Origin: Bacteroidota bacterium
Lineage (GTDB): Bacteria; Bacteroidota; Bacteroidia; Bacteroidales; Tenuifilaceae
DNA length: 51,788 bases
Assembly (NCBI GenBank): GCA_029558675.1
Contig: JAKQEF010000039.1
Location: forward strand, 1 to 51,788
Reading direction: 5' to 3'
Within the stretch, counting starts at the first letter, position 1. Each line of letters begins with the position of its first letter. Of this stretch, positions 39,901 through 47,348 are shown in pieces. Under the pieces are notes generated by a model. It did no database searches. It was not told the origin of the DNA and was given only the letters and a program-made list of their open reading frames with translations. The translations under genes were made by a program, and so were the position numbers.

Positions 39901-40191
39901 CTTTTTAGTTCGTTGATGCGATTCAAAATCAATGGTTGAACTTTTCTGATGGTATTGCATTATTTTATATGATTCCCTGTCCACGCTAAGACCAACAAGA
40001 ATTCTAACTTTTTCAAGCGGTTCTATGGCATTATAAAGCTGATAAAAACCACTTATCCTGAAATAGCCAACCAACACGTCAAATAGCTGAGTGTCTTTAA
40101 GTGTTGCCTTAAATCTACTCAGTAAAGTTTGCCCTTCTTCATTGGTGAAGAAAGTCAAGTCTGTTTGATCAGTATTATTGTCAGTGCTCAT
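36949..40191 (-). CDS. Fusion of an N-terminal PLD-family (single HKD) nuclease domain to an SNF2/SF2 helicase-like ATPase
   Basis: 1080 aa. The HKD region is IHAKVYIG...ITGSSNFS (residues about 158-185, 39640-39720). The helicase motifs are I ADVVGLGKT (39274-39288), II VVDEAH (39076-39087), III LVTATP, V STDVLAEGINLH and VI QRVGRVNRLG. Confidence 0.85.
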   Translation of the reverse strand: MSTDNNTDQTDLTFFTNEEGQTLLSRFKATLKDTQLFDVLVGYFRISGFYQLYNAIEPLEKVRILVGLSVDRESYKIMQYHQKSSTIDFESHQRTKKLYQQNLKEEVENSNENDSNIEVGIRKFIEFLQTDCPNPEADKARNGNGKKLEIRAYPTRNIHAKVYIGRFKPDDRDYGFVITGSSNFSESGFVANREFNVELRQKRDVQFAEKQFNNLWKDAVDISEDFVDTIQIRTWLNDQILPYELYLKLIYEYLEEDINLADEFEPFLPDGFMKLKYQNQAAIQAKKILETYNGVFLADVVGLGKTFITALLLQQLHGRTLVVCPPVLKDYWKDSLFDFGIRSFEVESLGKLEHIIKKGLERYDYIVVDEAHRFRNENTQSYANLLDICRGKKMILVTATPLNNTIDDIFAQLKLFQAPKNSTIPGIPNLEKYFARFRTKLKKLEKTDPKYKELIKEISDDIRNRILRYVMVRRTRKDIMTYFKEDMQKQELTFPDIDNPQKIVYEYEGELEDTFIKTIKKLAEFTYARYTPLLYYIGNKALSEFEKQQQRNVGGFMKGILVKRLESSFHAFRQSIDRFIISYEKFIAMYQNGTVYISKKVDVYDLIENDNLERLEDLLEEEKAHKYDSKDFKKEFITKLEFDLSILKEIKALWSCINTDPKLETFIQELRTTTALKKNKLIIFTESKETGDYIYEALQEVFKGKVMFYSSAGGRHTDKKLTSNHTVSRNIITENFDPKNKEQTDDLRILISTDVLAEGINLHRSNVIVNYDLPWNPTRVLQRVGRVNRLGTIFPKVHIFNFFPTTQSDKHLGLEVNITNKIQMFHDILGEDAKYLSDGEEFGSQELFNTLNSKASYTGEDEGDSELKYLELMRSIRDKRPELFDKIKHLPKKARSGFKKENLEDNALVTFFRIGKLKKFYINQNGKSNEITFFDAVNELECSPETRRAAIPNDYYHLLQTNKARFELDTTVGDEPAKGGGGRSNAKYIENRLKDKSFRNFKGFTDTNDDFLNGVRDMLAQGTIAKKTAQLIKTELEKTADPLQMLHILEKYIRFVAIEGAQNAKKFQKREVILSGYLIG

Positions 40192-40192
40192 A

Positions 40193-40468
40193 TTACTTAC
40201 GGTATAAAATGGTGTTCAGCGTCTCTTCCGGTCCGTTTTTTAAAAACTTTAATTCTCCTATGTCCAACAGGATGAATGATTTGATATATTCAATTTCCAT
40301 TTCCTTTTCTTCAACTTCTAGTTTCTTAGCCGGTGTCGGCAACATTTCTTTTGTTGCCACAAGTTCACTTCTTTCAATCTTGCTTAGAATAGAAGTGTCA
40401 ATATCAAGTTCTGCTGCAACCTTTCAAAATGGTAATCCCAGCTGTTCACGCCTGTTTCGTAAATACAT
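40193..40468 (-). pseudogene. XRE-family helix-turn-helix gene interrupted by an in-frame TGA at codon 15 (C-protein-like position)
   Basis: A manual minus-strand translation gives MYLRNRREQLGLPF*KVAAELDIDTSILSKIERSELVATKEML...LYRK*. The TGA lies at 40424-40426. The frame is kept across all 92 codons, and the sequence flanking the stop aligns to the canonical XRE HTH (GLsqeeLAekLgvsrstiSkiErg). The TAA at 40193-40195 is 1 nt from the helicase ATG. The gene is absent from the ORF track because both fragments are short. Confidence 0.55.
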
Positions 40469-40500
40469 CTATTTTGTCGTTAAAACATGGATTAATTATT

Positions 40501-40508
40501 CAAAATTA
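40501..40508 (-). promoter_or_regulatory. Candidate -7 promoter box (TAATTTTG on the minus strand) for the HTH/helicase/nuclease/methylase operon
   Basis: The plus-strand CAAAATTA is TAATTTTG on the minus strand. It lies 33 nt upstream of the HTH ATG at 40468. Confidence 0.4.
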
Positions 40509-40773
40509 CTAATAGTTTTTATAAACGGCGTCCATGCGATGATTATAATTCAAGTTCCATTTTTGCAAGAGTTAGACTATGTGTGGGGGAAAAACCAAAT
40601 ATGCTTGAATATTCGTAGGTTGTCTTTTTCCACTGACTGTTAATAATGAATATCTCTTTAAGGCTTAGTACATTCATCCACCATGAGATAGTGCCGTAAA
40701 ACCATTGCAATTTAATAAGGATTGTGTAACTTGGCATTTTAATTGTTCAGTCCATTTGAAAATGTAAAGAGCT

Positions 40774-41610
40774 ATGAAAACACATGGTACGCTATTTACT
40801 AGATTTTTTCTACTATCCTTTTATCTCATTCTTTGTTTTCAACTGAATGCACAGGAGGTAATTAAAGTTAAAAATGCCAAAGGCGACGGCGTGATCGCCG
40901 GCCGTATAAGCTTTGAAGATGCACGGAATGAAGCCATTAAAAAAGCCAAAGTTGATGCCCTGCGCAAGGCAGGTATATCCGAACATATTGCGTCGTATGA
41001 GCAACTATACCGAAGCGAACTCAACAATGACTTTGCGGAATTTTTCAATTCCGATATTCAAACCGAATTACAAGGGGCTATTAAAGAATACACCGTTGTA
41101 AATCAAGAAACTACAACCGACCCACTCACTAAACTTCCCAGCATTGAGGTAACCATTGACGCCACAGTGATTAAATATTCTACCCGCCCCGACCCCACAT
41201 TCAATGTTAAGGTTGAGGGAATAAAACAGGTATATGAAGTGGGAGAACACTTAAGTTTTACCATTTTCTCGACCCAAAATTGCTACCTGAATATTTTTGC
41301 CATTGCTGACGAATATACCTGTCTTCTGTATCCCAATCAGGAGCTGAAAGAAGTTTTCACTGAAATACCCGCACAGCAAAAAGTATCCTTTCCTTTTCGC
41401 CCCGACTTAAACGATTACGAGCTATACAAAGATTCAAAAAAGCCTGAAGTGAACCGAATAGTTCTTGTTTTCACTAAAAAACCTGTACAATACCTCAACC
41501 ATACGGGCGGGTATGATCAGTTCACCTCTGCAGAGTCAATTTTTTCATGGATTTACGGATTGACCCCCGACGAAAGAAAAGTTGACTACCACGTTTTCAC
41601 CCTAAGATAA
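40774..41610 (+). CDS. Secreted hypothetical protein (LPP20-like N-terminal helix region, DUF4384-like C-terminal region)
   Basis: 278 aa with a signal peptide (FLLSFYLILCFQLNAQ). The N-terminal ARNEAIKKAKVDALRKAG and the C-terminal VGEHLSFTIFSTQNCYLNIFAI...LLYPN resemble those families. The assignment is tentative. Confidence 0.45.
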   Translation: MKTHGTLFTRFFLLSFYLILCFQLNAQEVIKVKNAKGDGVIAGRISFEDARNEAIKKAKVDALRKAGISEHIASYEQLYRSELNNDFAEFFNSDIQTELQGAIKEYTVVNQETTTDPLTKLPSIEVTIDATVIKYSTRPDPTFNVKVEGIKQVYEVGEHLSFTIFSTQNCYLNIFAIADEYTCLLYPNQELKEVFTEIPAQQKVSFPFRPDLNDYELYKDSKKPEVNRIVLVFTKKPVQYLNHTGGYDQFTSAESIFSWIYGLTPDERKVDYHVFTLR

Positions 41611-41663
41611 ACCCGTAAGTTCATTCCTTTTGATAGGATTGAATGGCATTTTTATAGTTCAGT

Positions 41664-43694
41664 TTACCCTTTCAGCGTAAAGCTATTGAGGCTGTTTAAA
41701 ACCTCATCAACCTTTTGTGTAGGCTTAAGGCAACTATTGGCATGGCAGAGTTTTAGTCCATCCTCCTTTGAAGCCACTGTAGTACAAATGGGTACGGCTG
41801 ACCGGTTGTTCGAAACGTAAGTAATCAGGAACGGGTGGGATGTTTTTTCAACCACCTCCCTCAGCATTTCCTTTCCCTTCTCCCCCACAGCCTGCAATTC
41901 AGCGGGTCCGATGGTGCACTTCAAATGGGCCCCTGCCCAACGATAAAGGTATGGGCCACCCTTAACTTGCTGTTCGCTGATCTTCAAAACCATCTCCCTG
42001 GCCATATCAGCATATTTCGGTTCGCGGAAGTAACCGGATAAGAAGAATAAATTATCGGCCATTACTGCATTGGATGAGGGCATAACGCCATCGGTCATCT
42101 CCATCTTTTTAACGATGAGATGGTTATGGTTATCTGAGGTGTAGAAGAACATCCCGTTTTTCTCATCAAAAAAGCCATTGATAGTAAAATCCATCCATTT
42201 TTTGGCTTTCAGAAGATACTCTTCGTCATGGGTTGCCCTGAACAATGCCAAATATGCCTCAACGAGAAATGCATAATCATCAAGGAAAGCACTAATTTTT
42301 GTCTCACCCTTGCAATGAACTCTGTATAGCTCTCCCCCATCATCCATCAATTTATCCTCGATAAATTTAATGGCACTAATGGCATCGGTTAAAAAACGGT
42401 CATCGTTAAATACTATGTATGCGCTGCTAAACGCCGTAACGGAGAGTGCGTTCCATGAAGCCAACTGCTTGTCGTCGGTGGCAGGTCGAATCCTGCGAGC
42501 CCTTTCATCAAACATTTTTTTCTTGGCACTTTTCAAACGTTCAGATACCTCTACTGGCTCTATACCCAGCAGGCATGCCGTTTCCTTTTCGGATGCTGCC
42601 AACCGCAATACGTTTTGTCCCAAATGGTTACCAGTGGCCGAAACGCCAAACGCTATGGAAAAGGCTTCGGCATTGTCGCCCAGAAAATTCTCTACCTCCC
42701 GTTTGGAAAAGGTGTAAAACCTCCCCTCCTCCCCCTCGCTATCGGCATCAATGGCGCTATAGTATCCCCCGTTGGGGGAAAGCATTTCACGTTTCATGAA
42801 ATCTGCCACTTCATACACAATGCGACGATAGTTATCATCCTTAAAATGTTTGTAAGCCATGGAATACAAGCTAATCATCAGGACATTATCGTAAAGCATC
42901 TTTTCGAAATGCGGCACATGCCAATGCTCGTCCACCGAGTATCGGAAGAATCCGCCGCCAAGGTGGTCGTATATGCCACCATTCATCATTTTATCCAATG
43001 TATTACGTACATGTCCCTTCACCGTGTCATCGTTAAACAGCCACGCGTAATCCAACAGGAACATGAGCGAACCGGGCATGGGGAATTTTGGCGCACCCTT
43101 GTTGGCACCATGTCTTGCATCGAAATACTTGCTCCAGTTTTCTACATACTGCTTTATCACTTCAGGTGAGAGCATGCCCGATTTTCCATCTACACCGGTA
43201 ATCAGAACGGTAGATAGCCCTTGGGTCAAATCGTCGGCCACATTCATAACCCTTTGCTTATTGGTAACCCAGGTAGAATGGAGGCTTCGGATGATATCCA
43301 TCCAATGCTCGGTGCGAAAGTATGTACCGCCAAATACGGGACGACCATCGGGTAGGGTAAAGCAATTCAATGGCCAACCCCCCGAACGGGTGATTATCTG
43401 CACGGCGTTCATATATATCTGGTCAACGTCGGGGCGTTCTTCGCGGTCAACTTTAATGCACACGTAGTTTTCGTTGAGAAAACCGGCCACTTCCTTGTCG
43501 GAGAATGCCTCCTTTTCCATCACATGGCACCAGTGGCAACTACTATAGCCTATGCTTACGAGTATTAACTTATCTTCCTTCTTTGCCTTGGCGAAGGCTT
43601 CATCTCCCCACGGAAACCAATTCACCGGATTTGAAGCATGCTGCAGTAAATAGGGGCTGGTTTCGCCCGAAAGGCGATTATAAAACTTGGACAT
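41664..43694 (-). CDS. Thioredoxin-domain protein of the YyaL/DUF255 family (N-terminal thioredoxin-like domain plus six-hairpin glycosidase-like domain)
   Basis: 676 aa. It has the motifs [13 protein letters not shown] and [13 protein letters not shown], typical of DUF255/YyaL. Confidence 0.85.
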   Translation of the reverse strand: MSKFYNRLSGETSPYLLQHASNPVNWFPWGDEAFAKAKKEDKLILVSIGYSSCHWCHVMEKEAFSDKEVAGFLNENYVCIKVDREERPDVDQIYMNAVQIITRSGGWPLNCFTLPDGRPVFGGTYFRTEHWMDIIRSLHSTWVTNKQRVMNVADDLTQGLSTVLITGVDGKSGMLSPEVIKQYVENWSKYFDARHGANKGAPKFPMPGSLMFLLDYAWLFNDDTVKGHVRNTLDKMMNGGIYDHLGGGFFRYSVDEHWHVPHFEKMLYDNVLMISLYSMAYKHFKDDNYRRIVYEVADFMKREMLSPNGGYYSAIDADSEGEEGRFYTFSKREVENFLGDNAEAFSIAFGVSATGNHLGQNVLRLAASEKETACLLGIEPVEVSERLKSAKKKMFDERARRIRPATDDKQLASWNALSVTAFSSAYIVFNDDRFLTDAISAIKFIEDKLMDDGGELYRVHCKGETKISAFLDDYAFLVEAYLALFRATHDEEYLLKAKKWMDFTINGFFDEKNGMFFYTSDNHNHLIVKKMEMTDGVMPSSNAVMADNLFFLSGYFREPKYADMAREMVLKISEQQVKGGPYLYRWAGAHLKCTIGPAELQAVGEKGKEMLREVVEKTSHPFLITYVSNNRSAVPICTTVASKEDGLKLCHANSCLKPTQKVDEVLNSLNSFTLKG

Positions 43695-43867
43695 ATTTTT
43701 GCATTATCACATTCACAACTGTTTTAACAAAATGTCGCACTTATTGTTGAAAACAAAGAACATGAAAAGGGTTAGAAAAGGATAAACTTTTATACTTTTG
43801 GCTAAATAATTGTGTTATATCCCTAACCGAAGAGATATTTATTTTTGTTCCATCAGCACTCCTCGAC

Positions 43868-45268
43868 ATGAAAAAAATATTTGCACTCGTTGTACTCACC
43901 CTAATGACTCTCACGGCATGTACCCAGGGTCACAAAATTGATGTGAAAATTGATGGTCTTAAGGATACCACCATTATACTGGGCTACCACTTTGGCGAAA
44001 AGAAGTTTGTTTCCGACACCGCTCTGGTTGACTCCGGAGGCAAGGCCGTTTTTCAGGGCGATTCTCTGCTCCCCGGTGGAATGTATCTGATTATTCTTCC
44101 TCAGCATACCTACTTTGATTTTCTCATAAGTGATAATCAACACTTCAGCATCCACACCGGTGTCGATAGCTTAACGCACAGTTTATCCTTTAAAAATTCC
44201 AAGGAGAATACGGCTTTTGCCAACTACCAACGGTTTATGGCCGACAAGCAGCAGAAAATGGCTGAACTTCGCAAGCAACTTCAGGCAGTTGCAAAAAACA
44301 CCGATGAAGAGCAAAAGGTTATTGACCAAATGAACCTGTTGGATACTGAGGTAAAGAACTACTGGGACAGGGTTATCAATGAAAATCCGGGAACATTCTT
44401 TGCCAATATCATAAGAACGCTTAAACCCATTGAATTTCCCACTTTCGATATACCCGAAAATGCCGGTAATCCCGATTCGCTGAAATGGGTGATGAGCTAT
44501 CGGTATAATCAGCAGCATTATTTCGACAATATTGCTTTAACTGACGATAGGCTTATTCGGACACCTTTTCTCCAGAACAGGATAGATAATTATTTCGACA
44601 GGGTTTTACTGCCAATTCCCGATACCATTAAACTCTATGCCGACAAGGTTATAGAGAAGACCCGTCCTAACGATAAAATGTTTCAGTTCATGGTATCTCA
44701 CCTGTTGAGCAAATACCAGAATCACTCCATTATGGGCATGGATGGGGTTTTTGTGCATTTAGCCGAGAAGTATTACCTCTCGGGCGATGCAACATGGCTG
44801 AGCAGCGAACTGTTGACACAAATTGCTAACAGGGTTAACGAATTGAAACCCAATCTTATCGGAGAAATCGCACCCAATTTCAGGATGATGGATATCAATG
44901 GAAAAATGCGTGAACTACACGATGTGAAAGGGAAATTAATCGTTTTGTATTTCTGGGAACCGGGATGCAGCCACTGCAAGAAGGTTACACCTCAGCTCAA
45001 AGACATATACTCCAGGTACAAACAGATAGGATTGGAAGTGGTAGCTGTTTACACCCAAACCGAGATGGATAAATGGAAAGAGTATGTGGCCACAAACGAA
45101 TTGAACTGGATAAATGTTTGGGATCCCAATCGGATAACCAACTACCATAAGTTTTACGACATTTACAGCACTCCCACCCTCTATATTTTGGATGCCAATA
45201 AAAAGATTATCGGGAAGCGTATAGGAATTGAATCGTTGGAGAAGTTTATTCAGGAAGAACTATACTAA
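43868..45268 (+). CDS. TlpA-family thiol:disulfide oxidoreductase lipoprotein with a long N-terminal Bacteroidota-type domain
   Basis: 466 aa. It has a lipobox (LTAC) and a C-terminal thioredoxin fold with the CxxC motif (FWEPGCSHCKK). Confidence 0.75.
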   Translation: MKKIFALVVLTLMTLTACTQGHKIDVKIDGLKDTTIILGYHFGEKKFVSDTALVDSGGKAVFQGDSLLPGGMYLIILPQHTYFDFLISDNQHFSIHTGVDSLTHSLSFKNSKENTAFANYQRFMADKQQKMAELRKQLQAVAKNTDEEQKVIDQMNLLDTEVKNYWDRVINENPGTFFANIIRTLKPIEFPTFDIPENAGNPDSLKWVMSYRYNQQHYFDNIALTDDRLIRTPFLQNRIDNYFDRVLLPIPDTIKLYADKVIEKTRPNDKMFQFMVSHLLSKYQNHSIMGMDGVFVHLAEKYYLSGDATWLSSELLTQIANRVNELKPNLIGEIAPNFRMMDINGKMRELHDVKGKLIVLYFWEPGCSHCKKVTPQLKDIYSRYKQIGLEVVAVYTQTEMDKWKEYVATNELNWINVWDPNRITNYHKFYDIYSTPTLYILDANKKIIGKRIGIESLEKFIQEELY

Positions 45269-46290
45269 TCCGCTGTTAAATCCTTCCCAAATTCGGAAAG
45301 ATTTTTGGCCAGCTCGGTGAGGCTGTTGACCTTGAAAACAGTTTCACCATTTTTAACAATCTCCCAGCATGAGCCTTCTTTCTCAACGATTAACCTAACC
45401 ATAAGGCCTGCCAATTCTGCATCAACCACTTCGAAACCAAGCCTTTCAACTAATCGCCGGGTCCACGTTATACCATCCCCCTCCCCTTCAATGGCTATTT
45501 TATAATGATATTGACGATAATTCTGGAAAGTACCCGACCGAACATCGAAACGAACCTGGGTGTTCTCCAGCAGCTGACGGAAATGGAAATTGAGAGCCAG
45601 GTCTTCGGGAGCACCATGTACCAATCCATCGGGCAACATCATCCAAACCATGTCGGCTTCGCCCATGGCACCCTGCAGGTCGTGGGTAGAGTAAATAATT
45701 GTTTTGCCCTGCGATTTGGCCAACTGCGAAAGCAAGCGAACCACTTCAAACTTGTTGGGCAGATCGAGAAATGCCGTGGGTTCGTCAAGCAGAATAATCT
45801 GCGTATCCTGCGCCAGCGCAAAGGCAATCATTGCCCTTTGCCTCTCGCCATCGCTAATGGTCATTATATCCCTATGGGCAATGTGGTCAACCCCCACCAT
45901 GGTCAGCGATTCATCCACAGCCTGCCAATCGCCCGGCGATAATCCCACCGCCCAACCCGAATAGGGGAAACGCGCCGTAGCCACAAAATCGCGCACCCTG
46001 AGGTTTGCCACCCTTACCGGGTCGGCAGGAACAAAACTGATGTATTTGGCCCGCTGCCTTCGCGATAATTCGCCTAATAGCATCCCCATAATATTGACAA
46101 TGCCCGAGAGCAATGGTTGCAACCCTGCAAGAGCCCTGAGAAGTGTGCTCTTCCCCACCCCATTGCGGCCAATTATAGCTATTAGTTCTCCGGCATGCCC
46201 CTCCACCGTGAAACGGGGAAATATGGGGTTTTGCACCGTATAGCCCAATAAGGCATCAACTATTTCGATGGATGTTACCCTTGGCTTCAT
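45265..46290 (-). CDS. ABC transporter ATP-binding protein (FecE/BtuD-type) with a C-terminal extension of about 85 aa
   Basis: 341 aa. Walker A is GRNGVGKST, the signature motif is ISDGERQR and Walker B is IILLDEPT. The 3' end overlaps the convergent TlpA-like gene by 4 nt. Confidence 0.85.
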   Translation of the reverse strand: MKPRVTSIEIVDALLGYTVQNPIFPRFTVEGHAGELIAIIGRNGVGKSTLLRALAGLQPLLSGIVNIMGMLLGELSRRQRAKYISFVPADPVRVANLRVRDFVATARFPYSGWAVGLSPGDWQAVDESLTMVGVDHIAHRDIMTISDGERQRAMIAFALAQDTQIILLDEPTAFLDLPNKFEVVRLLSQLAKSQGKTIIYSTHDLQGAMGEADMVWMMLPDGLVHGAPEDLALNFHFRQLLENTQVRFDVRSGTFQNYRQYHYKIAIEGEGDGITWTRRLVERLGFEVVDAELAGLMVRLIVEKEGSCWEIVKNGETVFKVNSLTELAKNLSEFGKDLTAD

Positions 46291-46292
46291 GG

Positions 46293-47348
46293 CTATACTC
46301 CTGCAAACTTCTGATTCTTAAACACTACGTAAATCACGATGGGTATACCCAACAGTGCCGTAACAGAGTTCAACGGCAGGGTTCTGTCCAGCCCCGGCAG
46401 CTGCGACACGATGTCGCAAAAAAGCATAACAGCACTACCCAACACCAATACTCCCGGAAGAAGAACACCATGGCTCGATGTTTTGAACAGCATACGGGCA
46501 ACGTGGGGAACGGCAATACCAATAAACCCTATGGGTCCGCAGAATGCGGTAACCGCCCCCGCCAGTAGTCCGGTTGAAGCAAAAATAACCACTCTGGCGA
46601 CAATTATATTGAGTCCCACAGTCTTCGAGTACGACTCTCCTAGAAGCATAACGTTGAGTATCCTGATGGAAGATATACTCAGCACCAAGCCAACGGCAAC
46701 CGAAGCGGAAAAAATTACCAGATGAACTCCGGCAACAGATTGCAGACTTCCCATCGTCCATATAACAAATGCCTTAATCATGGGCTCGCTGCCGGAGTAT
46801 TGCAGAATGCTCACCAATGCCGATGCGGCAGAGCCAAACATCATTCCCAGTATCAGAATGGTCATTATATCTTTTACCCTGAGCGATACGGCAAGGATTA
46901 CCGTGAGCACAAGCAACGCTCCCAACCATGCAGCCCCCACCAGCGAGAGCCCTGTGAGCATGCCCGATGCATTGCCAAAGCCCAAAGCCGAAGCACCTAA
47001 CACCATGATAGCCACACCCAAACCAGCTCCCGAGCTGATCCCCAACACATAGGGGCCCGCCAAGGGGTTACGAAAAACCGTTTGCATTTGCAAGCCGCTA
47101 ACCGATAGGGCACTGCCAACCAGAACGGCAGCAATGGCTTTGGGCAACCTAAAGTCGTTAACTATGGTTTGCCAAACCTCGTTGTCGCCACGCCCCATTA
47201 AAATTTTAAAAACATCAGCCACGGGTATCCTAACTGACCCGATGAAAAGGTCCAAAACGAATAAAGCGATCAGCAGAATTACAAGGGAGGCGAATAGTAC
47301 TACCCTCCCTGAGCGATTGCCTTTGTTTGCCATTTGTTCAGAACTCAT
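46293..47348 (-). CDS. FecCD/BtuC-family ABC transporter permease
   Basis: 351 aa, polytopic and rich in G, A and L, with a BtuC-like pattern. It overlaps the upstream substrate-binding-protein gene by 4 nt. Confidence 0.85.
   Translation of the reverse strand: MSSEQMANKGNRSGRVVLFASLVILLIALFVLDLFIGSVRIPVADVFKILMGRGDNEVWQTIVNDFRLPKAIAAVLVGSALSVSGLQMQTVFRNPLAGPYVLGISSGAGLGVAIMVLGASALGFGNASGMLTGLSLVGAAWLGALLVLTVILAVSLRVKDIMTILILGMMFGSAASALVSILQYSGSEPMIKAFVIWTMGSLQSVAGVHLVIFSASVAVGLVLSISSIRILNVMLLGESYSKTVGLNIIVARVVIFASTGLLAGAVTAFCGPIGFIGIAVPHVARMLFKTSSHGVLLPGVLVLGSAVMLFCDIVSQLPGLDRTLPLNSVTALLGIPIVIYVVFKNQKFAGV

Noticed and set aside
40209-40643. 144-aa plus-strand ORF, rich in Ser, Phe and Ile, just upstream of the helicase gene.
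   Set aside because: It runs antisense to the recognisable XRE HTH frame and the operon promoter region, has no motifs and has a skewed composition. The minus-strand HTH reading explains the sequence better.
41611-41663. Weak inverted repeat (TTCATTCC / GGATTGAA) between the convergent DUF4384-like and YyaL genes, considered as a bidirectional terminator.
   Set aside because: The stem has a mismatch, is short and lacks a clear T-tract. It is not strong enough to annotate.
45265-45268. 4-nt convergent overlap of the TlpA-like gene and the ABC ATPase gene, considered as a possible regulatory feature.
   Set aside because: It is a trivial overlap of two stop regions in a compact genome, with no associated structure.
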